DNA of 64,000 nt from a plasmid. A program made the position numbers and the translations under genes. Below are positions 48,195 through 56,231 of the stretch, piece after piece. A model generated the notes under the pieces. That model was not told the DNA's origin. It searched no databases and worked only from the letters and a program-made list of their open reading frames with translations. The DNA is taken from the sequence record NZ_CP044080.1. The stretch is one strand, 5' to 3'. Position 1 is the first letter of the stretch. Every line of letters starts with the position of its first letter.

Positions 48195-49759
48195 GCCGCC
48201 ACCCGCGCGGGCGTGAAATCGTGCTGGAACCGCACGCCGCCCCCTTCGAAATAGGAACAGCGGTTCAGGTGGTCGAACGCCGCCGCGTCAAAGGACAGAA
48301 GATGCATCAGCCAGGGATAAAGCGTCTTGTAGAACGCACATTCCGGCGTCTTGTGGCGCACGGTCCCATAGCTTTCCCAGGCCTGCGCCGAACAGCCCGA
48401 CTGGCAGAGCTGCCGATAGGGGCAGACCGCACAATCGTCGAAATCCGCCGGCCGGCGGGACCGGATCTCGGCGATGCGGGCAGAGCGGCGGGCCGGCTGG
48501 GACAGGCTCTCGATGCCGTCGTCGAAGATGTTGCCCAGCCGCAAGCCCGGCGATTGCGTGGCCCGCCCGCAGGGATAGATATCGCCGTTCGCCGCGACGG
48601 ATTGAAAGCTGTCGCCCGCCCCGCACTCGGCCCGCATGCAGCGGGTGCGGCGCTGCTTGCTGGTCAGAAAGCGGCACATGGAATGGATGTTATCCTCAAG
48701 CAGCAGGTCGCGCCGTGCGATGACGCCGCGCAGCAGGGCCTGGAAGAACGCGATGATCTGGTCCTGGGTCAGCCCCACCCGGTCCCAGTTCTTGCGCGCG
48801 TCGCCCAGATAGGCGACCGGGTTCACCCGAAAGCCGTGGATCGCGTGCCCCAGCATAAAGGACACCAGCCCGTCGGGATCGCCGATGTTCATGCGGTTCA
48901 GCACCACGAGGCCCCCGAAGGGGACGCCGCCCTGCTGAAGCAGCTCGATCCCACGCATCAGCGCCGGAAAGCTGGCCTTGCCGTTCACCATGGGCCGCCC
49001 GCTGTTCTGCGCCTGCGCGCCCCCGTCCAGCGAGATGCCCACGCGGATGTCATTGTCGCGCAGCCAGTCCACGCGTTCGGGCGTCAGCAGCGTGGCATTG
49101 GTCTGGATCGACAGGAACACCGTCCGCCCGCTGGCCCCCGGGTGGTTGCGGATATGATCCACCAGCCGCTGCATGATCGCGAATTTCAGGAACGGCTCGC
49201 CCCCGGCGAATTCGAATGCCAGCACCCGCGCCTCGGTCATGGCAAAGGCCAGGTCGACCGAACGCAAAGCGATGGTTTCGTCCATCGCGGGCATCTTCTG
49301 GTTCGCGCCCGCCAGGCAATAGGGACAGGCGAGATTGCATTTCTCGGTCAGCAAAAGCTCGACCAGGTGGCCCTCGTCATAGTTCGGCCCGTCGGCGAAC
49401 ATCCCGGCATCGACCGCGCGGGCACCGTTCAGCGCGATCAGCCCGCGCCGCCACAGATGCGCCGCGAAATCCAGCGCGGCGTCGGCGCTGTCCATCCGGG
49501 CCGCCAGGGCGCCGAAATCCCGCCCGTCCATCCAGCGGTGCAACGCGGCCTCGTCCGGGTTCAGGAACGCCCATGAGGCGCTTTCGGGATGGATCGCCAG
49601 GGTCTCGCCCTGGACCCGGACCTGATCGACGCCCTCGGTCGACAGTCTTGTGTCAGGACGCAGCGTGACCTGGCCGAAGGGGGCATAGGTCTTGCCCTGG
49701 GTCGCGCCCAGCCAAGGCGCCTCGGCCGCGTCGCGAGAGGGACAAAAGACATAGCGCAT
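48191..49759 (-). CDS. Radical SAM/SPASM-domain peptide maturase with N-terminal PqqD-like RiPP recognition element
   Basis: The ATG at 49759 (MRYVF) overlaps the upstream stop (TGATG). It has rSAM CNLACPYCLAG, SPASM cysteines (CGAGDSF...YPCGR...CAVCPYRQLCQSGCSA...C) and an N-terminal ~90-aa RRE-like segment (ETLAIHPESASWAFLNPDEAALHRWMDGRDFGALAARM). Confidence 0.85.
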   Translation of the reverse strand: MRYVFCPSRDAAEAPWLGATQGKTYAPFGQVTLRPDTRLSTEGVDQVRVQGETLAIHPESASWAFLNPDEAALHRWMDGRDFGALAARMDSADAALDFAAHLWRRGLIALNGARAVDAGMFADGPNYDEGHLVELLLTEKCNLACPYCLAGANQKMPAMDETIALRSVDLAFAMTEARVLAFEFAGGEPFLKFAIMQRLVDHIRNHPGASGRTVFLSIQTNATLLTPERVDWLRDNDIRVGISLDGGAQAQNSGRPMVNGKASFPALMRGIELLQQGGVPFGGLVVLNRMNIGDPDGLVSFMLGHAIHGFRVNPVAYLGDARKNWDRVGLTQDQIIAFFQALLRGVIARRDLLLEDNIHSMCRFLTSKQRRTRCMRAECGAGDSFQSVAANGDIYPCGRATQSPGLRLGNIFDDGIESLSQPARRSARIAEIRSRRPADFDDCAVCPYRQLCQSGCSAQAWESYGTVRHKTPECAFYKTLYPWLMHLLSFDAAAFDHLNRCSYFEGGGVRFQHDFTPARVAA

Positions 49760-49761
49760 CA

Positions 49762-50622
49762 GGAGCTTCCTTGTAGAACAGGGACGAGGATGCGAACGCG
49801 GTCGCCATCGTGCCGAGGGCCGGGATGCCATCCGTCGGGGCCCAGGGCGATGTCGCGGCGCATCCGCGCCTCGATCCCGGCCAAAAGCGCGGGGGCCGTC
49901 CGCGCCAGCCCCCCGGCCAGACGCCGCGCGCGGGCAAGGCTGGTGGCGCAGGTCCAGGAACAGGGGAAATGTTCGGTCAGGACGGGACCGGCGTAGCGGG
50001 CAAAGACGTTCAACTCCCACGGCATCTCTGCCCCCTCCGGCCCCAGCCGCATCCGGCCCAGATCGCCCGCGCAATGCGTCACTGCCTGCGGCCAGTCGCG
50101 CAGGAACGCCTCGATGCAGCAGGGCGGATATCCCAGCGCAAGGCCCATGACCCGGTCCCAGCCCCGCGCCTCGGCCAGCCACAGCAGCCAGGCCAACGAC
50201 GCTGAGGCCGAGACGGCGACCGCCCGCCATTCCCCCGCCGCGCCGCTTGCCGGCACCCGCGCCGCGGCAAGGTTCGCATAGCCCCCCAGGCCCGCGTCCC
50301 GCTGGGGCAGGAAGGCCCAGGCCGAGGGCATGGCGGTCAGCGACCGCCGCCGCGCCCAGTCGCAGACGCCGGCGATCCAGGGCTCGGGCCCGTGCAGCAG
50401 GACTGCCGGCCGCAAGCCGGCGGCCAGCATCTCAAGCTCAGCCACGGTGCCGATGGGGGCGCCGGGCCCGGCCGCGGGGATGGCCGGGCCCGGCAGCTCG
50501 TCCTCGGGCCCATCCGGGATCGCGGCCAGCAGCGCGTCGGGCAGTCCCAGGGCCTGGGCACGGGCGCGCACCGACAGTCCCCCTTCGCCGGACCTTGGCG
50601 AGGGCGCTTTGGCGCGGTGCAT
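49762..50622 (-). CDS. Hypothetical protein with conserved-looking GYPPCC motif (DUF), second gene of the rSAM/RiPP-like operon
   Basis: 287 aa with four Cys in GYPPCCIEAF...HCAGD...CSWTC. It starts 7 nt after the precursor stop and ends in a TGATG overlap with the rSAM ATG. Confidence 0.55.
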
Positions 50623-50629
50623 GGGCGGC

Positions 50630-51256
50630 CTAGCGCCGGATGCGGGTGCCGCGCACCGTCATGTCAAAGGCCCCGGTCGCGGGCACATCGACGCGCAACC
50701 CGCCCGGCAGCGTGACCCGGGTCAGATCGCGGCCGGGGTTGAGGACCGTCGAGGGGTCGAAATTGGCATGCCCGCCCCCGTTCACGAAGCCCGGCGGCCC
50801 CGAGTTCACATGCGAGCCCGCAATCGAGCCGGGGTCGAAATTCGCGTGCCCGCCGCCGTTCACGAAACCGGGTGGGCCGGAATTCACATGCGTTCCCGTG
50901 CCCCCCGAGGGGTCGAAGTTCGCATGGCCCCCGCCGTTCACGAAGCCCGGAGGCCCCGAGTTGACATGCACCCCGGCAATCGAGCCGGGATCGAAGTTCG
51001 CGTGCCCGCCGCCGTTCACGAAACCGGGTGGGCCCGAATTGACATGCGCCCCCGAGATGCCGCCCGGATTGCGGATCGCGCCGATGGCGCTGGCCACCTC
51101 GGTGCGCAGGATCGCGGTCAGGTCCTTGAGCGAAAGATCCGCCAGCTTGGTCTCGGGCGCAAGCGACCTGCCTTGGGATGCAGGGCGGTCGGCCTCGGGA
51201 TCACTGCCTGGGGTCGTCGATTGGCCTTCCTTGGAACCCTTGGGTTCTTGTGCCAT
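50630..51256 (-). CDS. Candidate RiPP precursor: 70-aa leader, four tandem 20-aa cores HVNSGPPGFVNGGGHANFDP separated by 6-aa linkers, and a 40-aa C-terminal tail
   Basis: There is a good SD (GGAGA 7 nt before the ATG at 51256) and coding-like GC3. The repeats are identical at the peptide level while the DNA differs at synonymous sites. There is no Cys. It is the first gene of the operon, behind a 160-bp AT-richer promoter region. Confidence 0.7.
   Translation of the reverse strand: MAQEPKGSKEGQSTTPGSDPEADRPASQGRSLAPETKLADLSLKDLTAILRTEVASAIGAIRNPGGISGAHVNSGPPGFVNGGGHANFDPGSIAGVHVNSGPPGFVNGGGHANFDPSGGTGTHVNSGPPGFVNGGGHANFDPGSIAGSHVNSGPPGFVNGGGHANFDPSTVLNPGRDLTRVTLPGGLRVDVPATGAFDMTVRGTRIRR
50754..51046 (-). 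repeat. Tandem in-frame coding repeat (4 x 60 nt cores plus 18-nt linkers) inside the precursor gene
   Basis: Plus-strand units end in (c/g)acatg, period 78 nt. The peptide HVNSGPPGFVNGGGHANFDP is conserved in all four copies despite nucleotide substitutions (e.g. gggcatgccaat vs gggcacgcgaat). Confidence 0.8.
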
Positions 51257-51416
51257 GACTGAGTCTCCGTTTGCTTCAATAGAAAGTCCCAGATGTCGGA
51301 TGGATCTGGGCAGAGTCTTCCAGTCGAAAAATCACTGCAAACAGTTCGTTCAGATTACCCCAGAACAGGGATTCGAACAATCCCGCATCGCAGGCGCAAA
51401 GGCTTGCGCAGCGCCC

Positions 51417-52616
51417 CTATTGCCCGGCCGGGATCAGGGACGGATCGGCGGCCAGCGTCGTTCCGGGACTGGGCTGGGGCTCGGCGCCCTCTTCGAGTAC
51501 GCGGGCCGGCGCCGTCACCACGGCGCCCAGCGTGTGCAGCGTGCCGGCCGCGACCATGAAGATGCTGCCTCCAGAGCCGTTGTCGCTGGTCAGCCGCTGG
51601 CCCTGTGCCAGCTTGCGCCCGATCAGCCGCACGATGTCGGGGCTTTCGGCAAAGCGCGAATGGTGCGTGCCGCCCGGCACGTCGATCTGGCTCAGGTCGA
51701 TGGCGTCGATCCCCGCCTGCAGCAGGGCGGTGCGATAGGGTTCGCGCGAGGGGTCGATTTCGCCCACGCGCTCGACCCGACCCGCGATCAGCCGCGACAG
51801 ACCCAGTGCGCGGTCGTCCTTGGCCATGAAGATGGTGAAATGCGGGCGCGGGGCGGCCATTTCAATGAACTGGCGGGAAAACACCTCGATGTCGATATCG
51901 GGCGAGGCGAGGACCACGTCACGGATCTTGGGATTCACGGGGCCGCTGCGGATGCTCATCTGGCGCAGCGATTCCATGGTCAGGAAGGCGCCCATGGAAT
52001 GGGCCAGGATGGTGATCTGCGTGACCGAGGAGTCGTCCGCCAGGATTCGCAGCGACTGTTCCAGCGCGGTGCGGGAATAAAGCGCGCTTTCGCGGTCATA
52101 GTTATAGCCGACGGGGCTTCCACGCGACGGCCAGGTGAACAGGATCGGTGTCGCCGCCACATCGCCGTCATGCGCGATCTGGGCCAGCCGATAGACCGCC
52201 TCGCCATAGGTCGTGTTGAACCCGTGAACGAACAGCAGCACATGGCCGCCGACGCGGTGCTGGCGCATCCAGGCCCGGCCCTGCGCCACCGAACTGATGT
52301 CCTGCACCTGGCGGACGTGGAAATCGGTCGTCGGCTGGGGCGGACGGGTGCGCGGCCACTGGATCGTGCCACTGGGGCGGTTCGCGGGGATCCCCACCTT
52401 GACCGCGTCGAGATGCAACTGCGGGTCGCGCCGGCCGCCGTAACGCTCGGCCCGGTCGGTCAACATCTGGCGGTTGGTGGCCACCAGAACATCGACCGCA
52501 GGGCCGGTCTCGACCGGGGCCACGACCGGCTGCATCAGCCCGGTCGGCCGGGGCGAGCAGGCCGACAGCATTCCCGTCAGCAGGACCAGAAGGATCGCCA
52601 GCCGCACCGGCATCAA
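51417..52616 (-). CDS. Alpha/beta-hydrolase-fold lipoprotein (DUF900-like)
   Basis: 399 aa with a lipobox (LLTGMLSAC) and a GHSMG nucleophile elbow (ILAHSMGAF). Confidence 0.8.
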   Translation of the reverse strand: MMPVRLAILLVLLTGMLSACSPRPTGLMQPVVAPVETGPAVDVLVATNRQMLTDRAERYGGRRDPQLHLDAVKVGIPANRPSGTIQWPRTRPPQPTTDFHVRQVQDISSVAQGRAWMRQHRVGGHVLLFVHGFNTTYGEAVYRLAQIAHDGDVAATPILFTWPSRGSPVGYNYDRESALYSRTALEQSLRILADDSSVTQITILAHSMGAFLTMESLRQMSIRSGPVNPKIRDVVLASPDIDIEVFSRQFIEMAAPRPHFTIFMAKDDRALGLSRLIAGRVERVGEIDPSREPYRTALLQAGIDAIDLSQIDVPGGTHHSRFAESPDIVRLIGRKLAQGQRLTSDNGSGGSIFMVAAGTLHTLGAVVTAPARVLEEGAEPQPSPGTTLAADPSLIPAGQ

Positions 52617-52889
52617 GGCGACCCTGGTGGCAGCGGGGCGCAGCCGTGAAAGGTAAGGAAGGCGCGCCGGGGATGTGGGCCGCCAGGGGAAGCGGCCAGG
52701 GGGAGATCGCAGGGATGGCTGGTCACGGGCCGCCTCGAAATGGAAACAGTTGCCGGTGCTGTGGCCGGTCGCGGGGTCTTGCGCCCGGAGGTTACGTCAG
52801 GCTCGGCCGGTCCGTCCAGTCCCGGCGTGCTTGCGGGAACCGCGGTCCCGGACCCGGTTTTCGCTGCGACGCGCGTCCAGGCCCGCCGA

Positions 52890-53290
52890 TCAGACGGCGG
52901 CCTGCCGCGCGCTGTCCCGCGCGCGCCCTTGGCTGACCGCAAAGACCAGCATCGCGAGGGCCGATACGGCAGCCGGAATCGCGAAGATCAGGAAGTTCTG
53001 GCCCAGCGGCATTCCCCAGGCCAGCAGCACGCCCCCGAAGGTCGGCCCGGCGACGGCGCCGATCCGACCCACCCCAAGGCCCAGCCCAGGCCCGCCCCGC
53101 GTACCGACAGGGTGTAAAGCTGCGCCACGCTGGCATAAAGCAGGATCTGCGTGCCGATGCTGGTGGCGCCCGCCACGAAGACCAGGGCGAACAGCAGCCA
53201 CGGCGAAGGGTTGGCGCCGATCAGCGCGATGGCCAGCGCGGCGGCGGCGAAGAAGCCCACGACGACCCTGGGCAGGCCAAAGCCTCCCTG
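52890..53290 (-). pseudogene. Fragment of an MFS transporter gene (C-terminal TM helices, frameshifted)
   Basis: Two overlapping frames carry MFS-like helices (GFFAAAALAIALIGANPSPWLLFALVFVAGATSIGTQILLYASVAQL; GVLLAWGMPLGQNFLIFAIPAAVSALAMLVFA). No intact N-terminal half is present. Confidence 0.5.
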
Positions 53291-53305
53291 TTGTCGTCAA
53301 TGCCG

Positions 53306-53700
53306 TCAGCCCAGATCGTCGCCCGCCACGGGCAGGCCCGAGCCGGTGATGTAGGACGCCTCGTCCGAGGCCAGGCATAGGATCGGCGCGGCCTGTTCCC
53401 GAATGCCGCCATAGCGGCGCATGAAGGCCGAATGCTTGACCTGTGCGACCACCTCGGCCATCCAGCGTTGCTCGTCGGAGCTGCCGCCCTCGGCGTTTCG
53501 GGAGACGCGGCGGGGCGGGGCCTCGGTCCCGCCCGAAGACACGTTGACGATGGTCCCGCCGCCCCGGGCCGTCAGATGCGGCAGGACCGCCCGGCAGCAA
53601 CGATCTGGGCGGGTTCGAATTTGGCGAAGGGCCTCATTCGGATCGCGCCGCGGACATTATTGATGAGGGCGTTCGGACCTGCGTTGCCGGGTGATCGACG
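53306..53700 (-). pseudogene. Fragment of a short-chain dehydrogenase/reductase gene (C-terminal part, frameshifted, N-terminal Rossmann motif missing)
   Basis: SDR C-terminal signature (ASDEASYITGSGLPVAGDD) and IVNVSSGG in one frame, with an NNxG-like piece (ALINNV..PFAKFEPAQ) in another. It abuts the end of the qhpG-like gene. Confidence 0.45.
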
Positions 53701-53722
53701 ACGACCCGGCGGCATCGCCCGG

Positions 53723-54958
53723 TCAGGACGGGCCGGCCGGTGCGAGCTGCCGGGCAATCTGCGCGCCCGCCGCGCCCCAGCGGGCATGCAGGGCCGGGGC
53801 GCCGCCCTGCTGCCAGGACCGCCAGGCCTCGGCCGCCGGGATGCTGCCGAACCAGCCGATGCCCTGCGGCGCGGCGGGGGTATGCAGCACCTCGCGCTCG
53901 ACCAAAAGGCCGTCCTCGACCAGGATGGTGCGAGCGATGCGCGGGCGCTCGGGCGGTGGCAAGGCGGGCAGGTCGTCGGGAAAGTCCCGCCGCGCTGCCC
54001 AGAAGGGCTCGGCGCGAAAGCGTGGCTCGGCACGCAGGAAATCACGTCCGATCCGCGCCTGGTGCAGGCTGGTCTGCAGCGCCCGTTGCGTAAGGAAGCG
54101 GCGGCAAAGGGATTGCGCGCCGGGCCGGGCCGCCAGCGTGCGGCGCACGGCCGCGACGGCAAGCGCACTCGACACCGCCCAGAACTGGCCGTGGCCCGAA
54201 AGCGGGTCCATGGCAGCCAGGGCATCGCCGACGCGCAGCAGGTCCAATGCCCCGACCGGCCCGGGCAGGCGCGGCGCCGCCTCGCGCACCAGAGGCTGGC
54301 CGGAAAGCGGCGCATGAGCCAGCGCCGGCTCGGCCGCGGCCATGGCGGCTTGCAGCCGGCCAGCCGGGCTGCCGTCGCCGGCGGCGTCCAGCACCGCCTG
54401 GATCCAGACCCGTCCATCGGGCAACGCCACCCGCCACAGCCAGCCCTGCGGCAGCGCCACCAGCCGAATGCCGGGAGGCAGGTTGGCCCGCACCCAGCCG
54501 GACAGCGCCACCGTGGCCGGCGCCTTGCCGATGCTTGCACGCGCGCGGCGACCTCGCGCGTCGATGACCATGGGCGCGCGCAGTCTGTCGCTGCCCAGCC
54601 ACACGCCGCCCGGCTCGGGCCGGCCGCTGCCGATGGCCAGCCGAGCGCCAGCAGCCTGGGCGCAGCGGCGCAGATGGGCGTCCAGCGCAGCGCGCTCAAC
54701 CACATGTTCGGCATTGCTTTCGCTGACGCCCGCCCAGTCCACCTGCCGCCTGAACGGGCCGAAAATGCCGGCAAACCCGTCGATCAGCCCCTGGCCCGCC
54801 AGCCAACGGTGCAGGCGCGGGCTGAGCCCCTCGAGCCTCGGCCGGTCACGGGCGGGATCGATCAGCAGCACGCGCAGCCCGTCGCGCGCCGCAAGCCAGG
54901 CCGAAACCGCGCCTGCCGGCCCACCTCCCAGCACGATCAGATCGGCATCCGCGCCCAT
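53723..54958 (-). CDS. FAD-dependent monooxygenase (QhpG-like / tryptophan-halogenase-fold flavoprotein)
   Basis: 411 aa from the ATG at 54958 (MGADADLIVLGGGPAGAVSAWLAARDGLRVLLIDP). It is divergent from the qhpA-like gene; the QhpG assignment rests on context. Confidence 0.6.
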   Translation of the reverse strand: MGADADLIVLGGGPAGAVSAWLAARDGLRVLLIDPARDRPRLEGLSPRLHRWLAGQGLIDGFAGIFGPFRRQVDWAGVSESNAEHVVERAALDAHLRRCAQAAGARLAIGSGRPEPGGVWLGSDRLRAPMVIDARGRRARASIGKAPATVALSGWVRANLPPGIRLVALPQGWLWRVALPDGRVWIQAVLDAAGDGSPAGRLQAAMAAAEPALAHAPLSGQPLVREAAPRLPGPVGALDLLRVGDALAAMDPLSGHGQFWAVSSALAVAAVRRTLAARPGAQSLCRRFLTQRALQTSLHQARIGRDFLRAEPRFRAEPFWAARRDFPDDLPALPPPERPRIARTILVEDGLLVEREVLHTPAAPQGIGWFGSIPAAEAWRSWQQGGAPALHARWGAAGAQIARQLAPAGPS

Positions 54959-55172
54959 GCGCCGTTCCCTTTCCTTACCCTGCCTTGCCTGAATGAAAGG
55001 CACCTTGCGCCGGATTGCCGCCCGCGAACCTGACATTTGCGGCCAAAGCCACAGGGCGCGCGACGATGCGTCGCGACTCTGGCCGGGAATGACAAGAACC
55101 TGCCCGCCGCTGGCGCTTTTCTGGACCTCATCGCGATCGGGCCATTCCCGACAAGCCACAGGAAGCCGCCAG

Positions 55173-56227
55173 ATGAAGCCACTGACCCGAACCGCCCTGG
55201 TCTCTGCCGCCGCCCTTGCCGCCGCCCCGGCGCTGGCGGTCAGCGGCGAGGACGTCCTGCAAAACGCCTGCGCCGCCTGCCACGTCAAGCACGAAGACGG
55301 CCGGTGGGAACGCATCGACGCCGTCCGCAAGACGCCCGAGGGCTGGGACATGACGGTGACGCGGATGATGCGCAATCACGGCGTCGCGCTGGAACCGCAA
55401 GAGCGGGCGGCTGTGGTCCGCTACCTGTCCGACACCCGCGGTCTGACGCCCGAAGAAGCCGAGGGGCGCCGCTATATCCTGGAACGCGAACCAGTGGCCT
55501 TCGACGAGGGTCCCGATACGCTGATGACCCAAACCTGCGGCCGATGCCATTCCTATGCCCGCGTCGCCCTGCAACGCCGCACGCCCGAGGATTGGGCGCA
55601 TCTGGTGAACTTCCACCTGGGCCAGTTCCCGACGCTGGAATACCAGGCGCTGGCGCGGGATCGCGACTGGTGGGGCATCGCCCAGGCCGAGATCATTCCC
55701 TTCCTCGCCAAGACCTATCCGCTGGGCGAGGCGCCGCCCGCCTTTGCCGGCGACGCTTCGGGCGACTACGTCCTGGCTGGGCGCCAGCCGGGGCGTGGCG
55801 ACTATACCGGACGGCTGGCGCTGACGAAAGCGGGTGACGATTACGCCGTGACCATGACGCTGGACTTCGCCGACGGCAGCGCAAGCTACAAGGGCACCGG
55901 CCGCATCCTGGGCGCCGGCGAATGGCGCGCGACGCTGAGCGACGGCAAGACCGGGATCCGCCAGGTCCTTGTTTTTCACGACGGCCGCTTCGACGGGCGC
56001 TGGTACCACGCCGACAGCGACGTGATCGGCGGCAGACTGGCGGCGGTGACGATGCGGGGCTTTTTACGCCAGGCGACGCCGGGCCGAACCCGGAACGCCC
56101 GATGCAGACCAACAACGCGGGCAACCTGAAGGTCATCGCCACCGTGGACACGGGTGGCGTGCCGCTGACCGCCGAGGCGCATCTTTACGCCACGGTTCAG
56201 CGCTTTGTCGACGCGCCGATCCGGTGA
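55173..56227 (+). pseudogene. Quinohemoprotein amine dehydrogenase alpha-subunit (QhpA)-like gene, shortened and frameshifted
   Basis: Signal peptide plus a di-haem c domain (CAACH, CGRCH). The frame breaks near 56060-56100 and continues in another frame (MQTNNAGNLKVIATVDTGGVPLTAEAHLYATVQRFVDAPIR) to the TGA at 56225. The total of about 350 aa is far shorter than typical ~500-aa QhpA. Confidence 0.6.
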
Positions 56228-56231
56228 CGCC

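Noticed and set aside
51360-51390. tRNA-like T-arm sequence (GGGATTCGAACAATCCC) in the intergenic upstream of the precursor gene.
   Set aside because: There is no acceptor stem, D-arm, anticodon arm or CCA context on either strand, and the loop does not fit the T-loop consensus; it is better explained as an inverted-repeat regulatory element.
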